A stretch of 64,000 bases of DNA from Spirochaetia bacterium (GTDB taxonomy: Bacteria > Spirochaetota > Spirochaetia > UBA9216), in the NCBI GenBank assembly GCA_965140585.1, contig OZ223270.1:608001-672000 (forward strand), written 5' to 3'. The notes under the pieces are model-generated. The model was not told the origin of the DNA. It searched no databases and saw only the letters and a program-made list of their open reading frames with translations. The position numbers and the translations under genes are program-made. Below, piece after piece: positions 22,349 through 33,366 of this stretch; the first letter of the stretch is position 1; each line of letters begins with the position of its first letter.

Positions 22349-22910
22349 ACCAGCTATCCTCTAAAATGTTCTGAGATATTATTATAAAGTTTACTCTACC
22401 TTGATTTGGCATGCAAATTTTTAGTAAAAAAGATCTTTCTTCAAATAATTTTCAAAACAGATCTTGGTGATATATCTGGCTGAGAGGACATTCTTTCAGT
22501 TTTGTTGATAAATACCGGGAAATCGCTAAATAACACTTAAATGATAATAATAGGTTCATCATATCTTATAAAATAGTTATGAAACCAGAGTACAAGATGA
22601 AATCAATATTTATTATTTTTCTTTTTATACAGAAATCAAGTAATTGTTAAATGAACCGTCTTTTTATCCGCATGTTCTCTTTAAGCGTAAATTTATCTTT
22701 AGTATGATAATTATCTGACAAGCATATGAAGCGCGAAAATCCGATAGATATTATCGCGGTGAAAAAATGAAAGACCCTGAGATGTTTGCGGGACAGTTTC
22801 TTTTTTAGAAACGAGCCGCTGATAAACAGAAAGGTTACGGCAGTCAGTGTGAGTGCGCCCATTATAATTACATCCTTAATAAGACGTTGTTCCGTGATTA
22901 TTTAATTTTG

Positions 22911-23600
22911 CTAATCCTCGAATTTATATCCTTGTTTTCGGATTGTTTTAATGTAAAAGGGTTCTGTTTTATCCTCACCAAGTTTCTGTCTGAGCCATGC
23001 TACGTGAACATCAACTGTTCTTGTCAGTGGCATTTTTTCATAGCCCCAAACACCATCAAGCAGATCGTCACGACTAAGAGTTTTGTTGCGGTTCTTGATA
23101 AAAAATTTTAATAGTCTGTACTCTTGAAAAGATAACTCCACTTGTCTGCTGTTTCTGAACAATGCCTTTTGTTTATAATCAAGTTTGAAAGGACCGAAGT
23201 TGTAATATTCCTCTTCAAAAGACTGATCTGCGGTTTTTCGTCTCAATAGAGCTTCAACCCTTGCAGACAGCTCGGTAAGATCAAAGGGTTTTACAAGATA
23301 ATCGTCTGCACCCATTTTAAGGCCGAGAACCCTATCAATAACTTGTGATTTGGCAGATACCATCATGACAGGGATAGTAATTCCTGCGGCTCTGAGATCT
23401 CGGCAGATCTCCAGCCCGTCTTTTTCCGGAAGCATAACATCAAGCAGAATAATATCATAACCGCCTTTTCGGGCGGTATTCCAGCCTTCAAGTCCGTTTT
23501 CACAGCAGTCTACAGTATAGCCTTCTCCGCGTAGCCTGTCGCTTACAGTCAGCAGCATTCCGGGTTCATCTTCAACGAAAAGAATTCTGTGTTTATCCAT
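22911..23600 (-). CDS. OmpR/PhoB-family response regulator
   Basis: REC plus winged helix (RTVDVHVAWLRQKL, IKTIRKQGY). Confidence 0.95.
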   Translation of the reverse strand: MDKHRILFVEDEPGMLLTVSDRLRGEGYTVDCCENGLEGWNTARKGGYDIILLDVMLPEKDGLEICRDLRAAGITIPVMMVSAKSQVIDRVLGLKMGADDYLVKPFDLTELSARVEALLRRKTADQSFEEEYYNFGPFKLDYKQKALFRNSRQVELSFQEYRLLKFFIKNRNKTLSRDDLLDGVWGYEKMPLTRTVDVHVAWLRQKLGEDKTEPFYIKTIRKQGYKFED

Positions 23601-25344
23601 CGTTTTCTCCATCATCAACTTCGTTTACAAGCCGCAGTATAAACTCCGTTCCTTCTCCCGGGAGAGATGTAATAGTTACAGAACCTCCGTGCAGCTCTGC
23701 CACCTGCTTTACAAGACTAAGACCAAGCCCGCTTCCCGGAGCGGCAAGTCTGTCAGCTTCACAGCCTCTGATAAAGGGATCAAAAATCTTCTTCTGTTCG
23801 TTCTTGCTTATACCCGGTCCGTTATCTGAAACTTTTACTTCTATAAAACGTCTATCATAAGAAAAATGCCGATCAGAAGATTCACGAATTGTTAATCGAA
23901 CATATCCGCCTCGGTCTCCGTGAACAGTCGCATTCTGAAGAAGATTCGATATCGCGGCAAGAACGCCTTCCCTGTCGGCATTAAGCATGAGCCCCGGTTC
24001 TATTTTTGATTCAAACCTTATCCCTTTCTCCCTGCATAGAAGACTGAATCGCCTAATAAGCAATTCTGCCAACTCGTCAACCTGAAAAACCGTTTTATTG
24101 ATTTTTCCAAGCTGAAAACCGGAATACATTAGGATCCCTTCAACCATCCCGCTTAGCCGGCGGCCTTCATCCACAATCATTTTCCCATACTTCTGTATAT
24201 GCTCCGATTCTGTTACAAATCCCTCGGAAAGATTTGTTCCGGCATTGCAGATTACAGCAAGGGGGGTTCTAAGCTCATGAGAAACATTTGCAATAAAGGT
24301 TTGTTGTTCTTTCATGAGACCGGCTGTTCTGCGGTTATATCCAGCCAGAATGAACAACAGGACAATAAGAAGTACAACAGCTGCATAACTGAGTAAAATC
24401 GCGCCGAGTTGGATCCGGAGAGCCTCAAGTGTAACTGCCGTTTTATCTATACTAAAAACAGCCCAAACTGAGATTCCATCAATTTCGATGTTATTTCCGG
24501 GATCAAATGGATCAGAGGCTTCTTCTCCTGCATGATCACTCATTCTTACCCTCGCGGCTACAGAATAATTCAAACTTGCATCGTTTGTATAAATTTCCGG
24601 AATATCATAGCTCTCGGAAACAAAGCCTCCGTATCCGCCTGAATCAAACCTCAGGGAAGTCAATGGATAACCGTTTGATTCTGACTTAATGATTTCATCA
24701 GCCAGTTCCTGACCGCCCTCCTGAATCTCCAATGAAAAAAGCTGTCGCCCTGAGGTAGGGTTGCTTGTGACTTTAGCAGTAATTTCATCAGTAAACTGGT
24801 CACGCCATTTATTATAATCCAGCAAGATTAAACAGGTTCGGCTTTTTCCGGAGATTCGTATAAACGGTTTCTTTAAATCCGAGGTGCCGAAATACCGTGG
24901 GAGGGTATTCATATACTGAATTACAGCCTCTTGTTCTCCGGGCAAAGCTAAATAGGCTGTAATATTTTCTGGATATCCGTAAATGATTTTTCTGTTATGG
25001 CTATCTATATATATACTGTTTTCCCCGTCTTCTGTTTCTTCAGTTATAACTACCGCGGAAAGCATTTCGGGTTCCAAGCTGAATTCTTCCCAGAACTTCT
25101 GAATTTCCGGATACGCTCCGGTAATCCGTCCGATAAAATCATCTCCGTTGTAATCGAAATTAAAAAACAGCTGAATAAGCACATCCATTTCAATATAGTA
25201 ATTATTAAACCATTCTACTTCCAGGTTTTCTAGTTCACTTTCCAGATAGTCCTTTTCATTCTGAACTGATTCAATCCGCCAGAGGCTGATAATTACAACA
25301 AGAACAGTACTGACGATAAGCATCAGAAGCCTTACCCATTTCAT
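23593..25344 (-). CDS. Membrane sensor histidine kinase (HisKA)
   Basis: Two TMs, NVSHELRTPL, NLLQNA, DNGPG, GSGLGL. Confidence 0.93.
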   Translation of the reverse strand: MKWVRLLMLIVSTVLVVIISLWRIESVQNEKDYLESELENLEVEWFNNYYIEMDVLIQLFFNFDYNGDDFIGRITGAYPEIQKFWEEFSLEPEMLSAVVITEETEDGENSIYIDSHNRKIIYGYPENITAYLALPGEQEAVIQYMNTLPRYFGTSDLKKPFIRISGKSRTCLILLDYNKWRDQFTDEITAKVTSNPTSGRQLFSLEIQEGGQELADEIIKSESNGYPLTSLRFDSGGYGGFVSESYDIPEIYTNDASLNYSVAARVRMSDHAGEEASDPFDPGNNIEIDGISVWAVFSIDKTAVTLEALRIQLGAILLSYAAVVLLIVLLFILAGYNRRTAGLMKEQQTFIANVSHELRTPLAVICNAGTNLSEGFVTESEHIQKYGKMIVDEGRRLSGMVEGILMYSGFQLGKINKTVFQVDELAELLIRRFSLLCREKGIRFESKIEPGLMLNADREGVLAAISNLLQNATVHGDRGGYVRLTIRESSDRHFSYDRRFIEVKVSDNGPGISKNEQKKIFDPFIRGCEADRLAAPGSGLGLSLVKQVAELHGGSVTITSLPGEGTEFILRLVNEVDDGENDG

Positions 25345-25405
25345 AAACACAGTTTAATCTATTCCAGTCTATGTCGGAAGCGAACAGTCATTGCTTTTTG
25401 TAATT

Positions 25406-25426
25406 CTTTACAAAGACTTTACAAAG
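25406..25426 (+). promoter_or_regulatory. OmpR-type tandem binding site
   Basis: CTTTACAAAG repeated exactly with an 11-bp period between the divergent two-component system and the exporter operon. Confidence 0.6.
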
Positions 25427-25479
25427 GCTTAATGTGATTAACAGTTCCGGGGAGTAGATTTGTTTCAATAGGTGGAGGC

Positions 25480-26886
25480 ATGATGAAAGCAAGAATAACA
25501 GCGATTGCAGCTATTTTGATTATATTGGTTATTAATTTATGGGCTGAAGAACTTGATCCTGAAGAGATTTTCTCGGCAGCTCTGGAAAAAGACTTAACAA
25601 TGAAGACCCTTCTGCTTGAAAAAGAAACAGCAGCAATAAATATAGCCATTGAAGATCATAAATACGGTATGTCGTTCAGTGCCGGACTCAATGATGCAGG
25701 AACCTCAGTTGAAGCGTTGGGAAAATCCATTCCCCCGGTAATAAATATACAGCCTTTTATTGAACTAAAACTTCCGGAAACTGCAGGCACTACTATCAGG
25801 GCGGAACTGCCGGTAACCAGATCTTCAGGAGAAACAACGACAGAAGCTGCGGCCGGAATAAGCTTAGAGCAGGATCTAAACAGTTTATTTAAAATAGAGA
25901 AACAGAATACGGTAAAATTGATCAGCCGAAACCTTTCTGAGAGGGCTATGGAGCTGCGTATAAAATCAAGAAAGGCGGAGGTTGAACGTAAGGTTTTGGA
26001 GCTGATAAAATCACTTTTATCTCTTGAAAAGAGCATGATATCAAACCTGACCAGTCTCGATGAAAAAGAAACACTATTAAATAATATGCTGAATGCCGGA
26101 ATGATTGCTCAGGGTAGCAGCAGCCATCTTTCACGCCTTATGGAGATTAGAGCTCTCGAAGGTGAAACTGAAGAAGTCAGGGCAGACTATACCGTAAAAC
26201 TTTCAGAATTCGAACAATTTACGGGAATAAAGATAACCGAGGCTCCAAAGCTTCCGACAATAGACTTGCCCCAAAAAGAAATTGATGCTGTGCCTGATTC
26301 AATACGTACCTCTGAGTTGAATCTGGAGCTTCAAAAAGCCGAACTTGATGACTATACTTCCTCTGTTCCGCCGCAACTCAGTGCCAATGCGGCCGGAAGT
26401 CAGACATTTTCAGGCAACACAAAGCCCAACATTTCCGGCGGAGTAGGTGCTGTATTTGAGGACTTCTCCGTTTCATTAAGAGGAGTGTGGAATGAAAAAG
26501 ACGGGGGCAGTCTTTCCGCCGGTGTCAGTCTCGGGCTAACAGATAAATCATTAAAATCTCTGAACAGGGAAATATATAGGCATAATATCGAAGTATCGGC
26601 GCTGAACCTTGAAATGAATAGACTGTATGCGGCTGATACGATTCGAAGTATAGTCTCCGAGATTAGTCGTATTGAAACAGCCTCTAAAAACCTGAAAATC
26701 AATGCTGAGTTTATTCGTAAATACCTTGATGAAATGGAAATCAAGCATAAACACGGACACATTCGTGAGCTGGAACTTACCAAGGCTCAGGATCAGGAAA
26801 AAATTATTGAGCTTGATGCGGAAATTCTTAATATCGACAGATATCTGTTGTCAAATACGATTTACTCACAAATGGAAAAGTGGTAA
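25480..26886 (+). CDS. TolC-family outer membrane efflux protein
   Basis: Signal peptide, alternating coiled-coil and beta-strand repeats, first gene of a MacAB-type operon. Confidence 0.7.
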   Translation: MMKARITAIAAILIILVINLWAEELDPEEIFSAALEKDLTMKTLLLEKETAAINIAIEDHKYGMSFSAGLNDAGTSVEALGKSIPPVINIQPFIELKLPETAGTTIRAELPVTRSSGETTTEAAAGISLEQDLNSLFKIEKQNTVKLISRNLSERAMELRIKSRKAEVERKVLELIKSLLSLEKSMISNLTSLDEKETLLNNMLNAGMIAQGSSSHLSRLMEIRALEGETEEVRADYTVKLSEFEQFTGIKITEAPKLPTIDLPQKEIDAVPDSIRTSELNLELQKAELDDYTSSVPPQLSANAAGSQTFSGNTKPNISGGVGAVFEDFSVSLRGVWNEKDGGSLSAGVSLGLTDKSLKSLNREIYRHNIEVSALNLEMNRLYAADTIRSIVSEISRIETASKNLKINAEFIRKYLDEMEIKHKHGHIRELELTKAQDQEKIIELDAEILNIDRYLLSNTIYSQMEKW

Positions 26887-27911
26887 GCATGGAGTATAAA
26901 ATGAGAAAAAATAATGTTAAATCTTTAATAATCATCGCGGCAGTTATTTTCCCAACGGTTCTCCTGGTAGGTTGTAGCAAATTGCCCTTTGGAAAAAAAG
27001 AGCAGGCGGTAGGCAGTTTCCAGAGTTCGACCGTAACTGTGGAAAAAATGGTGATTCAGGAAAGTGTTACAGTTTCTGGAAATATTCAACCCATGCAGGT
27101 CCGCGAACTTGGATTCAGCTCCGACGGGAAAATCACCGAGGTGTCTGTGGCTGAGGGCGATTATGTTACAGAAGGCACATTGCTGGCAAAGATAGATGCT
27201 AGTTCCGATGTTTATAATATTGAAGAAATGGAATATGAGCTTGAAGAAATGCGGTTTTTAGAATCACCCCGGAAGATTGCTTTAAAAGAAAAAAATCTCG
27301 AATCGTTAAAAGAGACACTTAAAAACAAAATTATTACAGCACCGTTTGACGGTGTCGTCGTTGAAATAAAGCATGAAGAAGGCGAGATAAATATTGCAGG
27401 CAGTGATGGCTATCTTATTAAGATTATCGATGACAGCAGCCTTAAGGCGGAGGTTGTTGTAGATGAACTGGATATTGCCAGAATTGAGGTGGGTCAAAAG
27501 GCAATTTTCAGTTTTGATGCCATTTCCGGGGAGACTTTTATAGGCAGAGTAGCCAAAATTGCTCATATCGGTCGTCTTAATGAAAACGGACTTCCTGTTA
27601 TCGATGTAGAGCTGATTATCGATGATCCTGATCCAAGAGTTCTCATACCATACTCATTCAAGGTCGAGATTTTAACGACCGCTCCTGCAGAGTATCTTAC
27701 CGTGCCTGAACAGGCCGTTATATGGGAAGACGATAAAACTTTTGTGAATATAATGAATAAAGACAGCGGACAGCCCCCGATCAAACGTGAGGTAAAGATC
27801 AGAGAATGGACAGACGGAAAAACAATCGTTCTTGAGGGAGTTAACGAGGGAGATTCGGTGATGATGAACACAATGAACGGCAACCTGGAAGGAGGGCTGC
27901 TTTGGATGTAG
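26880..27911 (+). CDS. MacA-like efflux adaptor lipoprotein
   Basis: LVGC lipobox; GKITEVSVAEGD; ITAPFDGVV; start codon uncertain. Confidence 0.88.
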   Translation: MVSMEYKMRKNNVKSLIIIAAVIFPTVLLVGCSKLPFGKKEQAVGSFQSSTVTVEKMVIQESVTVSGNIQPMQVRELGFSSDGKITEVSVAEGDYVTEGTLLAKIDASSDVYNIEEMEYELEEMRFLESPRKIALKEKNLESLKETLKNKIITAPFDGVVVEIKHEEGEINIAGSDGYLIKIIDDSSLKAEVVVDELDIARIEVGQKAIFSFDAISGETFIGRVAKIAHIGRLNENGLPVIDVELIIDDPDPRVLIPYSFKVEILTTAPAEYLTVPEQAVIWEDDKTFVNIMNKDSGQPPIKREVKIREWTDGKTIVLEGVNEGDSVMMNTMNGNLEGGLLWM

Positions 27912-28609
27912 GTAATACTGGGATCCGGCTAGAGAATGTCAGAAGGGAATACCGGATGGGAGACAACATTGTTAACGCTCTCGACGGACTGTCTCTTGAG
28001 ATTGAGTCTGGTGAACTGACCTCGATAATCGGTCCGTCGGGATCCGGTAAGTCGACTTTAATGAATATCATCGGCTGTCTTGACAGGCCTACTTCAGGGC
28101 GGGTTTTACTTGACGGTGAAGACATCTCACTTATGAACGATAAACAGCTCTCAAAAATACGTAACCGAAGTATCGGCTTTGTGTTTCAGCAGTTTAATCT
28201 TCTTCCAAAGCTGTCAATTCTTGAAAATGTTGAAACCCCTCTTATGTACGCCAGGGTGAAACCCTCACTGAGGAGAAAAAGGGCTGAAGAGGCTCTAATA
28301 AAGGTTGGACTCGGTGATAGGATTTCTCATAAACCAACTGAACTGTCCGGTGGACAGAAACAGCGTGCCGCTATAGCCCGTGCAATTGTGACCGAACCGA
28401 GTCTTCTTCTGGCTGATGAGCCGACCGGGGCTCTGGATACTATTACAGGTGATGTCATAATGGAGCTGTTCCGGCAGCTGAATGAAGAGGGGCGAACAAT
28501 CATAATAGTAACTCATGATATGGAAGTAAGTGAAAAGTGCAGACGAATAATCAGGGTTCGTGATGGACGGCTGGAAGATGTGGAGGCAGCATGTTTGGGG
28601 AAAATATAA
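27902..28609 (+). CDS. ABC ATPase, MacB/LolD type
   Basis: [32 protein letters not shown]. Confidence 0.95.
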   Translation: MDVGNTGIRLENVRREYRMGDNIVNALDGLSLEIESGELTSIIGPSGSGKSTLMNIIGCLDRPTSGRVLLDGEDISLMNDKQLSKIRNRSIGFVFQQFNLLPKLSILENVETPLMYARVKPSLRRKRAEEALIKVGLGDRISHKPTELSGGQKQRAAIARAIVTEPSLLLADEPTGALDTITGDVIMELFRQLNEEGRTIIIVTHDMEVSEKCRRIIRVRDGRLEDVEAACLGKI

Positions 28610-29781
28610 AACTTGCACTTAAAAATTTCATTACGAACAAGATGCGCACCCTGCTGTCGCTTCTCGGAATAATGATTGGGGTATCATCCGTTATTCTGAT
28701 AACCACCCTGGGGAATAGTGCAACGTCGAATATAAAGGATGAGATTGCCAGCGGCGGTATGGATTTAATTATGATATACGGCGGATGGGGAAACGCCCGG
28801 AGCAGGGCGGTGTTTCATCCGGGCCTTGGAGAAGAGCTTACAGAAACTATCCCCGGAGTAATTGACTCCACGCCCAATTTTTCCAGCGGTGCTTTGGTAA
28901 AGAGCAGGCACAAGACAGCATCCTTCGGTCTTGGTTGTATATCTCCTTCCTATCAGAATGTATTTAATATTGAGATGGTCGCAGGCAGGTTCATTACACG
29001 GTCAGACTCTGTAAATAAATATCCGGGAGTTGTTCTGGGGAATAAAACAGCCCGTACTCTTTTTCCGGCCGGCGGTTCGGTGGGCAGTCCTCTGAAATTG
29101 ATAATCGGAAACACTGCATATCAGTTTACGGTGTTAGGCGTTATGGGAAAAAAGGATTCCAATATGGGTGCTGATTTTGATAATGTAATTCTGATGGATC
29201 TTAACTATTACAGAAGTAGAATAGCAAGGGTTGATACGGTTGATTCGTTTTTTCTCAAGGCAGCTGATCCGGAGGCTGCGGCGCAGGTAAAATTAGAAGT
29301 TGAAGAATATCTTGCCTCAAAGACCTCGGAAAGAGACGCCTTCTGGGTCGAATCTCCATCATCTATTTCGGATATGTTTAATAAAGTAACCGGAACGCTT
29401 AATCTTGTACTTGCCTGCATTGCCGGGATATCCCTGCTTGTCGGTGGTATCGGTATTATGAACATTATGCTTGTTTCAGTAACTGAGCGAACCCGGGAAA
29501 TTGGTATACGAAAAGCCATGGGGGCACCTTCGGGAGCAATAAGAGGGCAGTTTCTAACTGAATCTGTAGTACTTACCTTAATTGGCGGTGTGCTTGGTGT
29601 TCTTTTTGGAACAGGAATAGGCAGAATTGCTACGAACATTATGTCATGGAGTTTTTCCCCCGTACCTACAGCTTACGCACTGGCTATAGGATTCTCGGCA
29701 GTAATCGGAATATTTTTCGGATTATATCCGGCGGTACGCGCTTCAAAACTTGATCCTATTCAGGCATTAAACCGAGAGTAA
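28591..29781 (+). CDS. ABC permease, MacB/FtsX type
   Basis: RTLLSLLGIMIGV; GGIGIMNIMLVSVTERTREIGIRKAMGA; YPAVRASKLDPI. Confidence 0.95.
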   Translation: MFGENIKLALKNFITNKMRTLLSLLGIMIGVSSVILITTLGNSATSNIKDEIASGGMDLIMIYGGWGNARSRAVFHPGLGEELTETIPGVIDSTPNFSSGALVKSRHKTASFGLGCISPSYQNVFNIEMVAGRFITRSDSVNKYPGVVLGNKTARTLFPAGGSVGSPLKLIIGNTAYQFTVLGVMGKKDSNMGADFDNVILMDLNYYRSRIARVDTVDSFFLKAADPEAAAQVKLEVEEYLASKTSERDAFWVESPSSISDMFNKVTGTLNLVLACIAGISLLVGGIGIMNIMLVSVTERTREIGIRKAMGAPSGAIRGQFLTESVVLTLIGGVLGVLFGTGIGRIATNIMSWSFSPVPTAYALAIGFSAVIGIFFGLYPAVRASKLDPIQALNRE

Positions 29782-29950
29782 TCGTTTGGTTGAATCGACG
29801 CTGCCCGTCCTATAGTTAAATCTACTTTATAAAGAATCCCATGCGATCTTAAGAATTTTGGTCATGATCTATTCGGTTGAATAATCTTGTTGACGGTCAT
29901 TCTTCTTGATCTTTGATTGAACTATAGGCCGGGCGTTGATGCGCTTCTGA

Positions 29951-31030
29951 CTATCGTTTTACCCGTGCGTTTCCTTCCCAGATACTCCATATCTGATCTT
30001 CATCTAGTGGCTGGATATAGTCGTTGAGCATTGTGGTAGCCAGTGCACCGCTGGCCCAACCGAAGCTTATCCACTTTTCAGCATCCCAGCCCCGAAGGAT
30101 TCCATAAAGCATTCCACCGACGAACCCGTCACCGCCGCCGATACGATCAAGGACGGTGATCTGCCGCGGTTCGGCGACATGCCACTGGTCATCGGCAAAA
30201 AGCAATGCTCCCCAGAGGTGATTGTTTGTGTCTTGTACCTGTCTAAGGGTGTTGGCGAATACTGAAGTCTTCGGAAACCTCTGCTTAGTCTTTCTAATCA
30301 TCGTTTTAAAATTATCAATTTTTGAAATAAGGTCTCTACCCCCCTCTTCTGGCCCCTCTATTCCAAGGCAGAGTTGGAAATCTTCCTCATTCCCGACTAA
30401 TATATCTGCCTCCCCGGCAATTTCAGCAAAAATTTCCCTGAGTTCGGTTTCCCTATTAATCCAGAAGGAAGCCCGATGGTTCAGGTCGAAAGAGATGGCC
30501 GTACCGTAATTTTGGGCAGCCCGGGCAATTTCAAGACAGAATCGGCCTGTATCAGGGGAGAGCGCGGCGATAAGACCTGAGATATGTACGAGCTGAACTC
30601 CCTCCCGGTTAAAGATTCTTTCAAGATCGAAGTCTTTTACATTTAAGATTCGCCCCACTTCTCCTGCCCGATCATTGTGTACCCGTGGTCCTCTTGAGCC
30701 ATAACCGGAATCAGCAATGTTGAACTGGTGACGATATCCCCATGGGCCGCCCTGTTCAACATCAGGACCTTCGTAATCCATATGGCGGGAGGCCAGGTTG
30801 TCCTTAATAATGCATGCAATCGGGCTTCCTGCTACGAAATTGGTGAGGACTTTAACCGGTAAACCCAGGTGGGAAATTACGCTGGCGGCGTTGGTTTCAG
30901 CGCTTGTAACAGTCAGCTTAAAAGTATCGCTGGCGTGGATGGGCTGTCCCGCAGGGGGGGTAAGTCTGACGCCCATACTGGTTGGGATCAGCAGTGAGTA
31001 TGCACAATTCTCTTTCAATTTTATAGGCAT
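29951..31030 (-). CDS. PfkB-family sugar-acid kinase (KdgK-like)
   Basis: FDLNHRASFW, GNEEDF, DRIGGGDGF. Confidence 0.88.
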   Translation of the reverse strand: MPIKLKENCAYSLLIPTSMGVRLTPPAGQPIHASDTFKLTVTSAETNAASVISHLGLPVKVLTNFVAGSPIACIIKDNLASRHMDYEGPDVEQGGPWGYRHQFNIADSGYGSRGPRVHNDRAGEVGRILNVKDFDLERIFNREGVQLVHISGLIAALSPDTGRFCLEIARAAQNYGTAISFDLNHRASFWINRETELREIFAEIAGEADILVGNEEDFQLCLGIEGPEEGGRDLISKIDNFKTMIRKTKQRFPKTSVFANTLRQVQDTNNHLWGALLFADDQWHVAEPRQITVLDRIGGGDGFVGGMLYGILRGWDAEKWISFGWASGALATTMLNDYIQPLDEDQIWSIWEGNARVKR

Positions 31031-31090
31031 GTTCTGCTCCTGTATAATACGGTATTCACCGTAAGATTAGAGCTGCAAAGCAGCTTTAAC

Positions 31091-31120
31091 GAGAGGGGGT
31101 ATAATTTGCATCCTCCTCTC
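31091..31120 (-). terminator. Stem-loop between deoR and the kinase
   Basis: GAGAGGGGGT...ATCCTCCTCTC inverted repeat. Confidence 0.45.
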
Positions 31121-31145
31121 CTTGTTTATTCTTAGACTGAATAAC

Positions 31146-31898
31146 CTAAACGGTTATTACTTCAATGCCGAGTTCTTGAAACTCTTCAACCATGGAAAAG
31201 GCCGAATCGGTGATAAGCACGTCGACGAGATCGGCTTTGGCGAATTTTGAGAATCCGCTTGCGTTAAGCTTGCTTGAATCCGCAAGAATTACTTTTCGCT
31301 TTGCAGCTTTCAGCATTATCTGCTTGCTCCGTCCCTCAAAGGTGTTCTGGGTTAGGAACTCTCCATCTGCGGTAAATGCACGGGCTCCAATGAAAGCAAT
31401 ATCGAATTGAAGCTGTCCCAGAGCATCCTCCGTCAGAGGGCCGATAAAAGAACCCCCTTCCTGTCTGAACTTTCCTCCCAGTGTAGTTAGAGATACGTCG
31501 CGGGAATCAGCCAGGACTTTCATGATCTCCAGATTATTGGTTATAACGTTAATTTGAAAGTTATAAATTTTCCTGGCCAGAAATAGATTTGTTGAGCCTG
31601 CGTCAATACAGACTGAATCACCCTCCCTGATTAATTCTGCCGCTTTGGCTGCAATATGATCCTTCTCTTCTGATCGAGCCTCCAATCTGCTGGAAACGCT
31701 GGGGATGGATCTTACATCCTGAACCAGCCGGGCACTGCCGTGAGACCTGAGAATGAGTCCGTATTCTTCCAGTTGCGACAGATCTTTTCTGATAGTTACA
31801 TTGGATACACCGAGTCGTTCTGTCAATTCGGTTACCGACACCTGTCGCAGATTTTGAAGAAGACTCAGTATCTTATCTTGTCTGGGATTCTGTGCCAC
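31146..31898 (-). CDS. DeoR/GlpR-family regulator
   Basis: GVSNVTIRKDL HTH; IDAGST; LADSSK. Confidence 0.95.
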   Translation of the reverse strand: MAQNPRQDKILSLLQNLRQVSVTELTERLGVSNVTIRKDLSQLEEYGLILRSHGSARLVQDVRSIPSVSSRLEARSEEKDHIAAKAAELIREGDSVCIDAGSTNLFLARKIYNFQINVITNNLEIMKVLADSRDVSLTTLGGKFRQEGGSFIGPLTEDALGQLQFDIAFIGARAFTADGEFLTQNTFEGRSKQIMLKAAKRKVILADSSKLNASGFSKFAKADLVDVLITDSAFSMVEEFQELGIEVITV

Positions 31899-31901
31899 TT
31901 G

Positions 31902-33353
31902 CTATACCTCGTAGGTCGAGGAAGATACATTTCCTCCTGTACCGGTCCAGTTTGTGTGATGGAATTCTCCTCTCGGGCGATCAACCCTTTCGTAGGTGTG
32001 GGCACCGAAATAATCCCTCTGGGCCTGAAGAAGGTTTGCCGGCAGTCTCTCGCTGCGGTAGCCGTCGAAAAAAGCCAGAGCTGTGGATAAGGTTGGAACG
32101 GGAATCCCCAGTTCCACCGCCTTGGAGACAACTCTCCGAAGAGAGCCCTGGGTTTTGACTACGATGTCTTTAAAATAATCATCCGTCAAAAGGTTGGATA
32201 GCTCGGGGTTTTTCTCAAATGCTTCCTTGATTTTACCGAGGAAAACCGAACGGATAATACACCCCCCTCTCCACATCAGGGCGATACCTCCGTAATTGAG
32301 TTCCCAATCGTACTCTTTGGCGGCTTCTCTCATGAGCATAAATCCCTGAGCGTAAGAAATGATTTTTGCAAAGAGAAGCGCTTGTTCAAGGTCGACTGTA
32401 AAACTGCTTTTGTCCCCGGAAAAGTGAATATCCGGTCCTTTAAGAACTTTAGACGCGGCAACTCTTTCCTCTTTCAGAGCAGAAAGACAGCGGGAAAAGA
32501 CTGCTTCTCCGATGAGGGTAACCGGCTGTCCAAGTTCCATTGCAGATATTCCTGTCCATTTCCCGGTCCCTTTCTGTCCGGCGGTATCCAGTATCTTTTC
32601 TACGAGAGGTGTGCCGTCTTCATCCTTATAGGCCATAATGTCCCGGGTAATTTCTATCAGGTAGGAATCAAGAGGCCCTTTATTCCATTCAGTGAAGATT
32701 CCATGCATTTCATCATGAGATAAGTTTAATCCGTCACGCATAAGCTGGTAGGCTTCAGTGATAAGCTGCATGTCGCCGTATTCGATGCCATTGTGAACCA
32801 TCTTCACATAGTGTCCGGCCCCATCGGTTCCAACCCAGTCACAGCAGGCTTCACCGGAATCGGTTTTGGCGCTGATATCCTGGAAGATCTTTCTAATTTG
32901 AGACCACGCCTCCTTATTTCCTCCCGGCATAATGGACGGGCCTTTTCGCGCGCCTTCTTCTCCGCCTGAAACACCGGAGCCAATGAATAGAATTCCTTTG
33001 TCTTTAAGTATCCGGGTTCGCCTGTTAGAATCCATGAAGTGGCTGTTTCCGCCGTCGATGATGATGTCTCCTTCTTCCAGATAGGGTAGAAGGTTCTCGA
33101 TGTATTGATCTACAACGGCACCGGCCTTAACCATTAACATTATACGTCTGGGTCTTGCCAGCTTGCTTACCAATTCCTCGATAGAGTCGGCCGGAACTAT
33201 GGTTTTACCTGCCGCAGGTCCACTGATAAATTCTTCGGTTTTTTTATTAGTGCGGTTGTATACTGCTACAGTGTATCCGTGATCACTCATATTCAAAACC
33301 AGATTCTGCCCCATTACGGCCAGTCCTATTAATCCAATATCCGCTTTTTTCAT
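31902..33353 (-). CDS. gnd: 6-phosphogluconate dehydrogenase, decarboxylating
   Basis: GLIGLAVMG, VKMVHNGIEYGDMQ, GQKGTGKW, QAQRDYFGAHTY. Confidence 0.98.
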   Translation of the reverse strand: MKKADIGLIGLAVMGQNLVLNMSDHGYTVAVYNRTNKKTEEFISGPAAGKTIVPADSIEELVSKLARPRRIMLMVKAGAVVDQYIENLLPYLEEGDIIIDGGNSHFMDSNRRTRILKDKGILFIGSGVSGGEEGARKGPSIMPGGNKEAWSQIRKIFQDISAKTDSGEACCDWVGTDGAGHYVKMVHNGIEYGDMQLITEAYQLMRDGLNLSHDEMHGIFTEWNKGPLDSYLIEITRDIMAYKDEDGTPLVEKILDTAGQKGTGKWTGISAMELGQPVTLIGEAVFSRCLSALKEERVAASKVLKGPDIHFSGDKSSFTVDLEQALLFAKIISYAQGFMLMREAAKEYDWELNYGGIALMWRGGCIIRSVFLGKIKEAFEKNPELSNLLTDDYFKDIVVKTQGSLRRVVSKAVELGIPVPTLSTALAFFDGYRSERLPANLLQAQRDYFGAHTYERVDRPRGEFHHTNWTGTGGNVSSSTYEV

Positions 33354-33366
33354 GAAATCCTCCTAA

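Noticed and set aside
22647-22862. 71-aa hydrophobic ORF
   Set aside because: No RBS or recognisable motif; possibly a membrane-protein remnant but unsupported.
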